Notes: generated by a model not told the origin, from the letters alone. DNA of 64,000 nt from Paracerasibacillus soli (GCF_034006335.1 NZ_JAWDIQ010000001.1), one strand, 5' to 3'; shown: positions 11,142-23,376, numbered from the stretch's first letter. Numbers and translations are program-made.

Positions 11142-13907
11142 GTGAATTTTGATTACAATCGCAAGACAATCGACATAAACAAACTAAAGCGTTGGAAGAA
11201 GATAGGGAATAAAATTGCTATTACATTTGGGATTTTATTCTTTCTACTTGTTGTTGGTTGGCCTGCATTACAATGGGCAACAGAATATATATGGATGGAC
11301 TCACTAGGCTTTGGCAATGTCTATGTAACAATATTGCAAAGTAAAATCTTATTGGGAGTAATCGGATTTATTTTATTTTCGTTTACTACATACATCATGC
11401 TTTTTTGGATTAGACATGCGTATATACGACATTTTGAACCAAAGCAATTACCACCAGTTATTTTGAATAGAAAAATAAGTAACCTTATCATGGTAGCGGT
11501 TGCGATATTTTTAGGCTTTGTAGGAAGTATGATTATCCAAGGAATTGGTTGGGAACCCGCTTTAAAGTTGCTTAACTATGCGACGTTTGGAAAAACAGAC
11601 CCGTATTTTAATATGGATATATCTTTTTATATGTTTATATTGCCATTTTTGCAATTTATTTTATATGTTCTATTGGGATTAAGTATCTTTTTCTTACTAT
11701 TAGAAATCGGAGCTTATTCTGTGTTTCATATGTATAAAAAGAGCCGAACAGCACAATTGCATATGGGAATTACATTAGGTGTTATTGGACTTTTGTTAGC
11801 TGGTATTCATGTTTTAGCTCCATATGGCACATTACTAACAGATCAAGTTAATATTTTTCAAAAGAGTGTTGTTCATGGTCTTAGTTTTACAGATAAATTA
11901 ATTAATATTCCAAAAGCGTATTTATTAGCTGCAGTTGCACTTATAGGTGCAATATGGATGATTGTTTCTTTGTATAGTGGAAAGCTAGAAGCGATGCTTT
12001 TACCTATCATTGCTTATGTTGGCCTCGTTATTCTAGGTCAAGGAGCTTCTGTAGTCGTACAAAACTTTGTCGTATCTCCAAACAATTTACAAGAGAGAAG
12101 CCTTTTCTCGAGCAAAACTTAAAGTTTACAAGAGCTGCGTACAATTTAGATAAAATACAGGAAAAGGAACACCCTGGTAATGAATCACTTACTGGCGAAA
12201 TGGTAGAAAGAAATAATTTGACCATTGATAATGTGAGATTAAATGATTCGCGACCGTTACTAGACATTTATAATCAAATTCAGACGTTCCGAACTTATTA
12301 TCGTTTTAACGATATGGACATCGATCGTTACAAAATAAATGGAAATTATGAACAAGTGTTTATCGGTGCAAGGGAATTAAGTACAGATGACCTTCCAGCA
12401 CAAGCAAAAACATGGGTAAATAAAAACCTGCGCTATACACATGGATACGGCGTTGCGATGAGTCATGTTAACAAAGTAACGAGTCAAGGACAACCAGAGT
12501 ACATGATGAAAAACATTCCTTCAGAAGGGGAATTTGACATTACGCGTCCACAGATTTACTTTGGGAAGAACCATATCCAAACGTTATTGTAAATTCAAAG
12601 GTAGACGAGTTTGATTATCCAACAGGTGGAGATAATGCAACGCATCGTTTTGAAGCAAAATCAGGCATACCTTTAAAAGGATTAAATAAATTACTCTTTG
12701 CAATTGATTCCGGATCTTTTCGTATGCTTGTCTCGGATCAATTAACAACGGATAGTCAATTATTAAAGACGAGAAATATAATGGATCGCGTCAAAAAAAT
12801 TGCGCCATTCTTTGAATATGATGAGGATCCGTATATTGTGATTCGTGATGACGGAACACTCGTATGGATCATGGATGCTTATGTAAAAGCTGAAAATTAT
12901 CCATACGCTGAACCATATGAACGTAATGAAAGTTATATCCGAAATTCTGTGAAGGCGGTTGTAGATGCATATACGGGTGAAGTGACTTTCTATGTAGCCG
13001 ATCCGGATGATCCCTTGTTGCAAACATATGCAAATATATTTCCAGAACTTTTAACGTATGAAATACCTGAAGATATAAAAGATCATTTTAGGTATCCAGA
13101 AAAGTTATTTAAAACGCAAGCAAAAATGTATGGTACATACCATATGTCCAATTTAGAAGTGTTTTATAATCGTGAAGATTATTGGCAATTCCCGACTGAA
13201 AAATATTTTGATAAAGATATTGAAATGGAACCATATTATATTACGATGAAACTACCGGAATATGATGAAGAGGAATTTGTTTTAATGCTCCCATATACAC
13301 CAAAGAAGAAACAAAATATGATATCGTGGATTGGTGTAAGAAATGATGGCGAGCATTATGGGAAATGTTTGTATATCGCTTCCCTAAGCAAAAGAACATT
13401 TATGGTCCACAGCAAATTGAAAACCGAATCAACCAAGATAGTGTTATCTCCCAACAATTGAATTTGTGGGCACAAGGTGGTTCGGAAGTGATAAGAGGAA
13501 ATTTATTGGCAATTCCAATTGAAGATACGGTATTATATGTTGAACCTGTGTATATCGAATCATCAAATGAAACATCATTACCAGAAGTAAAACAGGTCAT
13601 TATGGCATATGGGGACCATATTGTCATGGAAGAAACATTTGAAAAATCACTAGATAAAATTTTAGAGGTCATTAACCCAGGTAAAAAGACAGAAGACAAG
13701 ACAGAAAGTGATAAGCCAGATACGGAGGAAAAAGAAGATACTGGTAAAGATAAACCTTCCCAGCCACTATTAGATGCAGATGAATTATTGCAAGAAATTG
13801 GTGATAAATTTACTGCATATCGTGAGGCGTTAGCAAACGGAAACTGGGAAAAGGCTGGTAAAATTATGGAAGATATAGAAGCGATTTTAGAAGACACAAA
13901 AAAATAA
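11142..13907 (+). pseudogene. UPF0182 family large membrane protein, split into 4 ORFs by about 3 frameshifts
   Basis: N-terminal multi-TM region followed by a long soluble region typical of UPF0182. The ORFs 11142-12122, 12200-12592, 12724-13461 and 13365-13907 are consecutive. Confidence 0.6.
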
Positions 13908-13914
13908 TGCATAT

Positions 13915-13996
13915 AAGGGGCTGAACCCTCGTTTTATTACTATAATTAGTAAAATTAATACTAAATATAGTGGTTGGAGGGTCAGCCCTTTTTCTT
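13915..13996 (+). terminator. large hairpin terminator (aaggggctgaaccctc ... gagggtcagccctt + T-run)
   Basis: Long imperfect inverted repeat with an internal palindromic loop. Confidence 0.5.
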
Positions 13997-14222
13997 AGCT
14001 TTTTCCTGCAGGTTTAATTTTAAAAGGCTAATTTAAAATAAATATTAATATGCAAACTTTATGAAATATATTGGATTGTGATATGAGTCTTATTTTGAGA
14101 AGTATGGTATGTTCATTGTTTTTTCACATATTATCAATTAAGGATGAAAGTTGATATTCACTTCATGTGATTTAAGACATAAAGATGATATAATGAAATG
14201 GTGGAAAGAGGGGTATGTAAAC

Positions 14223-15368
14223 GTGACTAGAATGTTATATATTATCATTGTCGTTTCATTCTTAGATACATTTATCCAGTTGCCAATTATAACCCCATAC
14301 GCAATGGAATTAGGAGCATCTCACGCTTTAACAGGTGCAATTGTTGCGATATATTCATTAACAAATATGATTGGAAACATAATTGGCGGACATTGGATTG
14401 ACAGATTTGGAAGAAAACGGATGTTGTTAGTTGGTATGCTTTCAGTTGCAATAATTTTGCTGTTTTATCCAATTGCTCAGACTGGAAATCAATTATTAAT
14501 TATTCGTTTCCTTCATGGGTTGGCAGGCGGCGTATTGATCCCAGCAGCTTTTGCTTATACAGGAGATAAATCGAAAAAAGGTACAAGAGGGAAAGCGATG
14601 GCATTCACTGGTGCTTCGATTGGGATTGCGGCAATTGCAGGTCCAGCGATTGGTGGTGCAATGGCAGCGCGTTCAAAAATTGAGTATGTATTTATTTTTG
14701 TATCTATTTTATTTCTTATTTCTACCATTTTACTTATAAAGTTTGTGAAGGAATCGTTTTATACAACAGAAAGAGGAAAATTTACACCGCAAGAATTTAT
14801 TCCTTTATTAAAAAATCCAGCTATCGTTCAGGCATCTCTTGCCGCATTTGCCTTAATGGTAAGTAATGGTACTTTGGCATTTGCGCTACCATTAAAAATT
14901 AGCGAAATTGGTCTTACAACAGAATCAACTGGAATGTTATTAAGTACATTTGGAATTATGGCTTTAATTGTATTTTTGACTCCAATAAATAAGATTTATG
15001 ATAAATATTCACCTATCACACTTGTTGTAACTGGTTTAACCTTAATTGGGCTCGCTATATTTTCATTAACGTTCATTCATACATTATGGATTGGATTTGT
15101 TTTAATGGTTATATATGGCTTGGGATTTGCATTTGTTTTTCCATCAATGAACCGGATGGTTGCGGATGTTTCTTCTCAAGAAGATAGAGGTAAAGCATAT
15201 GGCGTGTTTTATGCATTCTTTTCGTTAGGTGTTGTGGCTGGTTCATCCATTTCAGGGGTTGTTTCACAAACGATTGGTTCACCATTTATCGTAAGTGCAA
15301 TCATTATGATTAGTTGCGGAGTTGGATTAGTAGCAATATCGAGGAAGTTTCGTGTAGAAACCGAGTAG
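14223..15368 (+). CDS. MFS transporter
   Basis: 12-TM pattern with an MFS loop motif. The GTG at 14223 lies 10 nt after AAGAGGGG; other starts at 14151 or 14193 are possible. Confidence 0.65.
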   Translation: MTRMLYIIIVVSFLDTFIQLPIITPYAMELGASHALTGAIVAIYSLTNMIGNIIGGHWIDRFGRKRMLLVGMLSVAIILLFYPIAQTGNQLLIIRFLHGLAGGVLIPAAFAYTGDKSKKGTRGKAMAFTGASIGIAAIAGPAIGGAMAARSKIEYVFIFVSILFLISTILLIKFVKESFYTTERGKFTPQEFIPLLKNPAIVQASLAAFALMVSNGTLAFALPLKISEIGLTTESTGMLLSTFGIMALIVFLTPINKIYDKYSPITLVVTGLTLIGLAIFSLTFIHTLWIGFVLMVIYGLGFAFVFPSMNRMVADVSSQEDRGKAYGVFYAFFSLGVVAGSSISGVVSQTIGSPFIVSAIIMISCGVGLVAISRKFRVETE

Positions 15369-15523
15369 TTTTTATGTATGAAGAGAGGCCGGAACATTGG
15401 GGAAAACCTTTATGTCCCGGCTCTTTTTATTTTTTAGCTTTTCTCCAAAGGATAAAAAGTGACTAGGCCGAAAAAAATCAGATCTTTTCGACCTAGCCCC
15501 AAACATTTATAGCATATCATGTT

Positions 15524-15670
15524 TTAGCACCATGCGGCGCCAACAATGATGAGTAAAATAAACAATACAACGATTAACGCAAAGCCACGACCAGCTCCAT
15601 AACCAGCACCGGCTACTTGACCGCCGCCATATCCGTAACTAGGGCAACCGCAACCAAATCCAAATCCCAT
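15524..15670 (-). CDS. YjcZ-family small glycine-rich sporulation protein (48 aa)
   Basis: [48 protein letters not shown]. Not in the supplied ORF track (<60 aa). Confidence 0.6.
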   Translation of the reverse strand: MGFGFGCGCPSYGYGGGQVAGAGYGAGRGFALIVVLFILLIIVGAAWC

Positions 15671-15791
15671 GAAATCCCTCCTTATTATGTCGCTTTAATG
15701 GGGAGAAAAATACACTACGTTCTATTGTCATGTTTGCATGACCATGTTCGTAGGTTTCACCCACCAGTGAATGAAAAATCAGCGTTTGATA

Positions 15792-15926
15792 TTAACAAAA
15801 ATATGCTGCACCTACAATGATAAGCAGGATAAAGAGCACTACGATTAACGCAAATCCGCCACCTGAACCATATCCTCCTTGACCTGTTTCATAACCTGAA
15901 CCATATCCGCAATAATTACCAAACAT
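15792..15926 (-). CDS. YjcZ-family small glycine-rich sporulation protein (44 aa)
   Basis: [44 protein letters not shown]. Second tandem copy. Confidence 0.6.
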   Translation of the reverse strand: MFGNYCGYGSGYETGQGGYGSGGGFALIVVLFILLIIVGAAYFC

Positions 15927-15965
15927 TTATAAAACCTCCCAATTCAAAATTCAAGAATGTTTGTT

Positions 15966-16073
15966 TTAATAGCCGTAGCCTACGTAAGCTGATCCTACAA
16001 TAATTAGTAGGATAAAGAGCACTACAATAAGAGCAAATCCGAAACCGCCACCATATCCTGCTCCTTCACTCAT
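15966..16073 (-). CDS. YjcZ-family small glycine-rich sporulation protein (35 aa)
   Basis: [35 protein letters not shown]. Third tandem copy. Confidence 0.55.
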   Translation of the reverse strand: MSEGAGYGGGFGFALIVVLFILLIIVGSAYVGYGY

Positions 16074-16325
16074 CTAAACAACACCTCCATGCTCCTTTGT
16101 TATTACTATATGTGTAAAAGTCTTTATTGCTATGGTTATTTGTCACGGATTTTACGATTTATTAGGAAATCCCCCTGATTGAATATTTCGATACAACGAA
16201 AAGGCTGTTCTTACTTGTCGAGTTAATGGGGTAAATTCCACGAATTACTTGGTGATATTATCCCTTACACCCCATTGTCAGCCATCATAAGATAAACTAG
16301 GGATATTTTGATTGGAGGGAAAAAG

Positions 16326-16591
16326 ATGGGAGTCCAACAATATCAGCAAATGTGTATGAGATATAAGGGAAGGGCAGTTGAAATTAGAACAAAGGATGGA
16401 AAGGCTCACCGTGGAATTATTCAACATGTTGATCATCGAAGAGTATATATTCAGCCAATGGATAGGCGACGTGGTTTAGGTGGATTTGGTTATGGATTTT
16501 GGGGGCCCGGCTGGGGGTAGCAGGTTTTGGAATAGGAATTGCCTTGGGATCCATTGCTACTTTAGCATTAATACCTTGGGGATTCTGGTAA
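16326..16591 (+). pseudogene. small hypothetical protein with Gly-rich linker and hydrophobic C-terminus, frameshift in G5 run near 16500
   Basis: RBS GGAGGG. The N-terminus MGVQQYQQMCMRYKGRAVEIRTKDG and the C-terminus GVAGFGIGIALGSIATLALIPWGFW lie in adjacent frames. Confidence 0.4.
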
Positions 16592-16760
16592 TTTTATTAG
16601 ATAATAAACAGACGTTTTATGATATTCGTCTGTTTTTACATAACCATCAACGCTTGATTTGCAAAAATACGTCTAAATTGTGTAAATAGGGCAGGTACCT
16701 TTTCCATTTTATTATGATATGCATACATTACTATAAGGTAAATGATAAGGAGGTGTTTCT

Positions 16761-17018
16761 ATGTTTCCTATGGGCCCACCTCGTCAACCGCGTCAAGTTC
16801 GGCGCGAGCACATGCCAAGCAGACAATCGCTATTTAGGCAAAGACAAATACCAAAGCAAAAAACACAAGGAATAGGAAATGTTGTTTCCATGTTTCAAGC
16901 GCCTGATGGGAATATTGATATGGAAAAAGTATCGACTACTATTTCGCATGTAAGTAAATTATACGGTCAAGTGAGTCCGATGATTAGTCCGCTCTTGTCG
17001 AGATTCATAAAAAAGTAG
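16761..17018 (+). CDS. hypothetical small basic protein (possible spore protein)
   Basis: Strong RBS AAGGAGG. Pro/Arg/Gln-rich N-terminus. Confidence 0.45.
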   Translation: MFPMGPPRQPRQVRREHMPSRQSLFRQRQIPKQKTQGIGNVVSMFQAPDGNIDMEKVSTTISHVSKLYGQVSPMISPLLSRFIKK

Positions 17019-17042
17019 GGATATAAAAAGGCGGCGTATATA

Positions 17043-17759
17043 TTGAAAAATAAATATCTTAACAGTCTTGCATATTTGGGAGTTGGTGGCGCACATCCTG
17101 GTGGATTTCAACTTACCAAGTATATTTTATCTAAGGAAGAAATTACAAATGAAAAAAAGATTTTAGATGTAGGTTGTGGTACAGGGAAAACAGCTGCATA
17201 TATTGCAAAAAACTTTCGGTGTAATGTAACAGCGTTAGATGTGCATCCGGAAATGCTTAAGAAGGCACGGAGGCGTTTTACAAATCAAAGTTTACCGATA
17301 AACGTTGTAGAAGGCAGTGTAGAAAATGTACCGTTTGAGCAGGAAATGTTCGACATCGTATTAGTGGAATCTGTTATCGTATTTACAGATGTAACGAAGA
17401 CATTGGCTGAATTAAAACGTATATTAAATCATGATGGTGTTCTTTATGCAATTGAAATGGTACTGGAAAGTAATTCAGAACAATTAAGTCTAAACGCTAT
17501 AAAAGATTTTTATGGTGTTCCAGAAATTTTTACTGAGCAGGAGTGGGAACAAGCATTTCGAAATGCGGGTTTTACATCTATAAAAATAGAAAAATATGAA
17601 ATAGATGAAGCTGATTTTAATTTAGAACAAGCACCGGAATTTGAACTATCAAATAATGAAAATATGGATGAATATTATGCGATGCTATTTGATCATCAAG
17701 TACTGTCTGAAACATTTAAACACAAACTAGGCTTTCGTATTTTTAAGTGTACTTTATAA
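17043..17759 (+). CDS. class I SAM-dependent methyltransferase
   Basis: Motif I LDVGCGTGK. Confidence 0.6.
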   Translation: MKNKYLNSLAYLGVGGAHPGGFQLTKYILSKEEITNEKKILDVGCGTGKTAAYIAKNFRCNVTALDVHPEMLKKARRRFTNQSLPINVVEGSVENVPFEQEMFDIVLVESVIVFTDVTKTLAELKRILNHDGVLYAIEMVLESNSEQLSLNAIKDFYGVPEIFTEQEWEQAFRNAGFTSIKIEKYEIDEADFNLEQAPEFELSNNENMDEYYAMLFDHQVLSETFKHKLGFRIFKCTL

Positions 17760-17789
17760 TGTAAAGAATGGCATGTCACATGATAAGTA

Positions 17790-17912
17790 AAGGGGCTGGG
17801 ACAAAACAAAGTGTTAAACCCCTCAACTACTACACTTCGTTTAAACGCTGAACTTTTACTTGTTATAGTAGTTAAACGAGGGATTCAGATGCTTACGTCC
17901 CAACCTCTTCAT
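17790..17912. repeat. about 120-bp palindromic intergenic repeat (bcr/MITE-like), copy 1
   Basis: Shares CCTCAACTACTACA...TGAACTTTT...TATAGTAGTT(A/G)AACGAGGGA...GTCCCAACCTCTT with 53885-54000. It has an internal inverted repeat. Confidence 0.55.
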
Positions 17913-17920
17913 TCCATGTA

Positions 17921-18945
17921 TTACTTATTGTAATGCATGTCCAACACCATGCGGCCTTGAATTTTACCTTCTTCCATCTCTTGGAATATTTGATTAATAT
18001 CCTCTAGAGGTCGAGTATGGACAACTGGTACAACTTTTCCTTCTGCTCCAAATTGAAAAGCTTCTTCTAAGTCTTTCCTTGTTCCAACGAGTGAACCTAC
18101 CACTTCTATGCCATCAAGTACTGTTTTGACTATTTCAAGATCCATAGTTTCTGGAGGTAGCCCCACTGCTACTACTTTTGATGCTGCTCGAACGCAGTTT
18201 ACTGCTTCATTAAAGGCTGTTTTTGATACAGCAGTTACAACTGCAGCATGTGCTCCACCAACCTGTTCTTGTATCCATTTGCCAGAATCACCAACTGTAA
18301 CAGGATTACATAATAAATCAGCTCCAACCTCTTTTGCTAGTGCTAATTTATCGTCATTAATATCAATTGCAATTACTTTTGCATTAAATACATTTTTGGC
18401 GTATTGAATTGCTAAGTTACCTAGTCCGCCACAACCATAAATAGCAATCCATTGACCTGGTTTTATATTTGACACTTTAATAGCTTTGTAACATGTTACA
18501 CCAGCACATGTAATACTACTTGCTTCCGCTGGATCCAATCCCTGGGGACTTTCACAGCATAGTCTGCAGCAACAATACATTGCTCTGCCATCGCACCATG
18601 AACAGAAAAACCAGCGTTTTTTACTTCACGGCAAAATGTCTCACGACCAGTTACACAATATTCACATGTACCACAACCTTCATAGAACCAAGCTATACTG
18701 ACACGGTCTCCGACTTTTAAACTTGTTACATCATCGGCAATTTCTCGAACAATACCTATCCCTTCGTGACCAGGTATTCTGCCAGGTACTGCACCGAAGT
18801 CTCCTTTTATAACATGTAAATCTGTATGGCATACTCCGCAATATTCTACATCGACAAGTGCTTGTCCATTTTGTAACTTTGGAAGAGTAACATCTTTAAT
18901 TTCGACTTTTCCTACATGTGTTTCACTGACAACGGCTGCTTTCAT
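17921..18945 (-). pseudogene. zinc-dependent alcohol dehydrogenase (MDR family), one frameshift
   Basis: N-terminal GroES-like domain with CGVCHTDLH and GHEGIG. C-terminal Rossmann GCGGLG. The ORFs 18496-18945 and 17921-18580 overlap in different frames. Confidence 0.75.
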
Positions 18946-19135
18946 CGTTCATTCCTCCTAAAAGAAAGTAATAGATTCATAGTATGTGAAATGTTTCACA
19001 ATTAAATTATAAACCGGATTTTTAAAAAAAGCTAGCGATATCATAATCATTCGCTAGCTTTTACTTTTACTTTTCGTTGATATTTAAAAAAGTCCAGATG
19101 ATTTTGGTTTAGGCACAGTAATAGTGAGTAGTCCT

Positions 19136-19523
19136 TCATGAAAAAGGCTTGAGTAGTTTTTTGGGGATAATAAAAGGTAATGTTACGACTTGTTCAAGTC
19201 TTTCTGCTGCATGCTTGTGAAGGGAGTGGTTATTATGAATATCTTGTTGGAGTTCTTGTGTGTTGTTTTTTGCTCGGATAAAAACCTTACTCTCCACGAT
19301 TTCAATTTCAATTTGCTTAAGACTAAATCCTGGTAATTCTGCTTCAATAATAAAATCAGTTTTCTCTTCCGAACATGTACCCAAAATGATTTTGTGTTCA
19401 TGATGTTATGAAAAGGTTTAAATGAATCCTGAAAAAAAAAGAGTCCATACGCTTCATCATATCATGTAAGGGAGACATATCGACTTGAAAGCCTCTTGGA
19501 TTTTGATTCCGCTTATCGTCCAT
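19136..19523 (-). pseudogene. Hsp20/alpha-crystallin family protein (spore coat CotM-like), frameshift in A9 run near 19440
   Basis: Alpha-crystallin domain FIIEAELPGF...IEIEIVESKVFIRAK. The N-terminus MDDKRNQNPRGFQ has a strong AGGAGGAG RBS. Confidence 0.5.
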
Positions 19524-19717
19524 GATACTCCTCCTCGCATAATGTATTCATAATGGGGGCATTACTTGAATGATTTTCTATTATATAAAATATGCAGCGT
19601 ACTTGAAGAGGTAGTGGGCTGTAGTAAAAATGTCTAAAGTTTTTATATATTTATTGTAGGTCAAGAATTTACCTCCCTCCTCATTGGCATATGAAGAGGG
19701 GAGGGAAATGAACAATA

Positions 19718-20479
19718 TCATTCATTTTGAAACCGATAAATAAATTGCATCCGTTCATTAAATAAAGCGGGATAGGATAAGAAACCAAGCATGACACTCG
19801 TAATGACAGCAGTAGTTAATAGCAAAAAAAGGACGAGTAGTTGAAAAAGTACAGCTTGAATTGGATCGGCACCTGCAATGATTTGTCCACTCATCATACC
19901 GGGTAATTGAACGAGGCCAATTGTTTTTTGACTCTCAATTGTAGGTATAGTGCTCGCTTTAATCGATTGGATAAGCTGTCGATGAATAGCCTGTTTTGGT
20001 GTACCGCCAAGGGATAATATTAATTCGGATTCTTCTTGATGTGCCTCAATTTCTGCTGTAAAACGATTTAAAAATAAAATAGATAATACCATGGAGTTTC
20101 CAATGACCATACCACTTAATGGAATCACATATTGTGCGGTTGCTGGTGTGATGTTTAAGCCGATTAAGATACTCTGTGTTAATATTTCTACAAAGACAAA
20201 TGTAGCAACAAGTTTCCATGTAATTCCTTTTATAAATGCTCCTTTTTTACGGGCATTTTGTGTTGCAGCAGCAATCATTAGCGTAATCATTAAGAAAATA
20301 TATAAAAAGTTTTCTGTTGAAAATACAAAGTGTAATATGTATCCTACAGCTAATAATTGGATGATTGAACGAATTGTTGCGATGAATGTGTCTTTTTCTA
20401 ATCCTAATTTTAGGGACTTCGATAATGTAATTGGGACAAGTACAAATATTAATGCAATAGATAAAGTAATATAATTCAT
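19718..20479 (-). CDS. iron-export ABC transporter permease FetB-like (UPF0014 / YbbM family)
   Basis: 253-aa polytopic membrane protein. It overlaps the upstream ATPase gene by 4 nt. Confidence 0.55.
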   Translation of the reverse strand: MNYITLSIALIFVLVPITLSKSLKLGLEKDTFIATIRSIIQLLAVGYILHFVFSTENFLYIFLMITLMIAAATQNARKKGAFIKGITWKLVATFVFVEILTQSILIGLNITPATAQYVIPLSGMVIGNSMVLSILFLNRFTAEIEAHQEESELILSLGGTPKQAIHRQLIQSIKASTIPTIESQKTIGLVQLPGMMSGQIIAGADPIQAVLFQLLVLFLLLTTAVITSVMLGFLSYPALFNERMQFIYRFQNE

Positions 20480-21210
20480 GATTCATCCCCCCGAATAAAT
20501 TGTTTCACTAGTTCAGATTTTGGATGATCAAGCAATGTGCTATCCCCTTGTTCGACGAGTTCGCCATTCATCATGACCCATGTATAATCTCCAATCGTAC
20601 GCGCCTGATCTAAGTTATGTGTAATCCAAACAATTGTTGTATACAATTCTTTATTTATTTTTTGAATTAAATTTTCAATATCACGTTTTGACACACGATC
20701 TAAAGAAGAAGTAATTTCATCGAGCAATAATGTTTTGGGTTTGTTTACGAGTGTACGTGCGATAGAAAGCTTTTGGCGTTGTCCTCCGGATAAATCCTTT
20801 ACCTGCCGTGATAAATAGCTCCCATCAAGGCCAACTAATTCAAGTAAGTGTTCTGCTTTTTCTTTAGGTAAACTTTTATTTTGAAGAACCATTGGAAGAG
20901 CTATATTCATTTCAACAGTTCCATTAATCATTGTAGCTTGTTGTAAAGCAAGTGCAATATTATGACGTAGTTGGACAGGCTGGTAATCGTTTATATGCTT
21001 ACCGTCAACATATATATCTCCAGAGATTGGAGAGATAAGTCCATTCATTAGTTTGAAAAGGGTAGTTTTCCCTGCGCCAGAAGGGCCAACTAATGTTGTA
21101 ATTTTTCCCGAGGGGATTTCACCATTAATATTTTTTAAAATATGTAGATCATTTCGCTTATAGTTTACGTTACTAAAAAAAATTGCAGGTTGCTTTTCCA
21201 ATCCGAACAC
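20476..21210 (-). CDS. ABC transporter ATP-binding protein (FetA / YbbL-like)
   Basis: Walker A GPSGAGKTT, signature LSGGQRQK, Walker B LLLDE. Confidence 0.7.
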   Translation of the reverse strand: MFGLEKQPAIFFSNVNYKRNDLHILKNINGEIPSGKITTLVGPSGAGKTTLFKLMNGLISPISGDIYVDGKHINDYQPVQLRHNIALALQQATMINGTVEMNIALPMVLQNKSLPKEKAEHLLELVGLDGSYLSRQVKDLSGGQRQKLSIARTLVNKPKTLLLDEITSSLDRVSKRDIENLIQKINKELYTTIVWITHNLDQARTIGDYTWVMMNGELVEQGDSTLLDHPKSELVKQFIRGDES

Positions 21211-21415
21211 CCCTATACTTAAAATTTTAAAACTGCAAAATGTTTAATAGTTGCAAAGGGAAAAGATAAAAGAAAAATGTAAGATGTTTATGGCGCATGA
21301 ACGTATAATGAAAGTTTTTACTCTTTTATTATCCATGTAATGATTCGTATCGTAAACGAATATGCATAGTTAGGAGGAGTTGTCCAATACAATTTAGTCA
21401 ACTCCTCAAAATGGG

Positions 21416-22037
21416 GTGGATATGGTGCAACATGAAATAAAAAAAGGGTTGCTCGTTATATTAGGTGGTAGTTTACAAGGTCTAGGCATGGGGTTGTTTT
21501 TATTTCCGCAATCTATTCCTTCCGGTGGTGCTGGAGGAATTACGATTATCATTCATTATTTATTGAATATTCCAGTCGGTATTGCTTTATGGATTGTAAA
21601 TTTTTCGCTTATTTTTTTGGGGATTACATATTTAGGGAAGCGGTTTGCTTTATGGACATTTATAGGAATAACAATAACTTCAATGACAGTTCACTTTATA
21701 GAAAATCTGATTTTATTACCAAATCGGAATTTAATAATCGACATTGTTTTTGGTTCCATTTTTTTAGGTACAGGAATTGGAATACCATGCGTCAGGGTGT
21801 ATCTAATGGCGGAATCGGTGTTATTGCAATTTTATTTGCATATCGAAAGGATATTTTACCGGAAAACCGCTATTCTACATGAATTGTTTCATTTTTTTCG
21901 TAACGGCTGTCATTGTTAATTGGAAAATTATCTTTTTTGCCCTTATCAGCCAATGGATCTCGGCATATATGATTGATTACGTGTATACAATGCGAATATA
22001 TAATAGTTATACGTTTGGCTGGCGGAAAAAGCCTTAA
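21416..22037 (+). pseudogene. YitT-family (DUF161) membrane protein, at least 2 frameshifts
   Basis: The GLFLFPQSIPSGGAGGI motif is typical of YitT/DUF161. The reading frame breaks near 21790 and 21890. Confidence 0.5.
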
Positions 22038-23271
22038 ATATATTTATAGCGAAACCGTGTATTTTTATTTTCTTTGCCATCTAAGCCTTTCACTTTAATT
22101 AATAACAAAATTAATATGAACACAAGTATAGTCAATGCGCCAATCGATAGAAACATACCTGCTCGAGACCAATCCATTAGCCTTGCAAAAATTGGCGGAC
22201 CTATTGCAACCCCGATAAAACGTACAGAACCATATAAAGATGTAACAAAACCACGACGTTCTTTTCCAACAGATCCAGTAATCATGCTATTAATACAAGG
22301 CAAGGAGAGGCCTGCGCCGACACTACTTAATGCGAGGACAGCTAAAAAAGGAACTAATTTTTCAACTAAAACGAGCGTACAATACGATATGGTCATAAGC
22401 GAAAAACCAATTAGCATGATTTTTTTCATACGGACAAGATTTTTGCCAATTTTTCCACCGGTAATGTATGCTGTTGTGACCATAAAGAGTAAAGGTATAG
22501 CCAAAACTAAACCCTTTATAAATCCTTCTAAATTGTGTTTTTCCTCAAGAATATCAGATAGGTAAAATAAGATACCAAATAGTGTAAACAAACACGTTCC
22601 TCCGGCAAGGTACATGACAAACAACCATCTGCCTTCCAGCTTAAAAACACTTAATAAGCCAAGTGCGTATTTGCGGAATGGTGGAGGTGCTTTGCGGTAA
22701 CCTTTTTCTCTTATGAAAAACCAAACGAGAAATACGGTTAAAATACTAAGTATTGGAAAAGCAAATAAAACGGCGTACCAAACAATTAAACCAAATAGTG
22801 CCCCAAGTATAGGTGAGAGAACTTTTCCTAAACCATTGGACGCCTCCACAATCCCCAATACTCTACTTTGTTCACCGCCTTTAAATAAGTCTCCTGTTAA
22901 TGCCATTGCAATTGGCGCTGTTCCGGCGGCACCGATTCCCTGTATAGTCCTTCCTATCATAATCCATATATATGGATTCGAAAAAACGCAGCAGCGATGC
23001 CAGAAAAAATCCCACCTAAACTAAATAAAACGAGAGAAGGAATGATAATGATTTTTCTGGAAAATCGATCAGACAAGTAACCTAGGATCGGAATAAAAAT
23101 TGCAGCAGCAATGGAATAGACTGTAATCGTTAAACTTACTTGCATTTGCGATATTTTCAGTGAAGATTTCATGGCTGGAAGGACTGGAATGAGCATGGAA
23201 TTTCCCAATGTTGTAATTAAAGGGATTGCTCCAATTGCCATGATGGCCATTGTATTTTTCTTTGCTGCCAT
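22034..23271 (-). pseudogene. MFS transporter, one frameshift near 22960
   Basis: The N-terminus [14 protein letters not shown] has RBS AGGAGTG. MFS motifs [10 protein letters not shown] and [11 protein letters not shown] are present. Confidence 0.65.
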
Positions 23272-23376
23272 TTTTTGAACACTCCTACTTTGACTTTCGT
23301 TATTTGATATTAATTGGTGGCGCTGTATACCAGCCCTTTTCTTTTGCAATTTGAATCAGTTTAAATTCAAATTCAC

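Noticed and set aside
22074-23024. Plus-strand ORFs 22074-22565 and 22713-23024
   Set aside because: They are antisense to the MFS transporter gene, have unusual composition, and show no translation signals.
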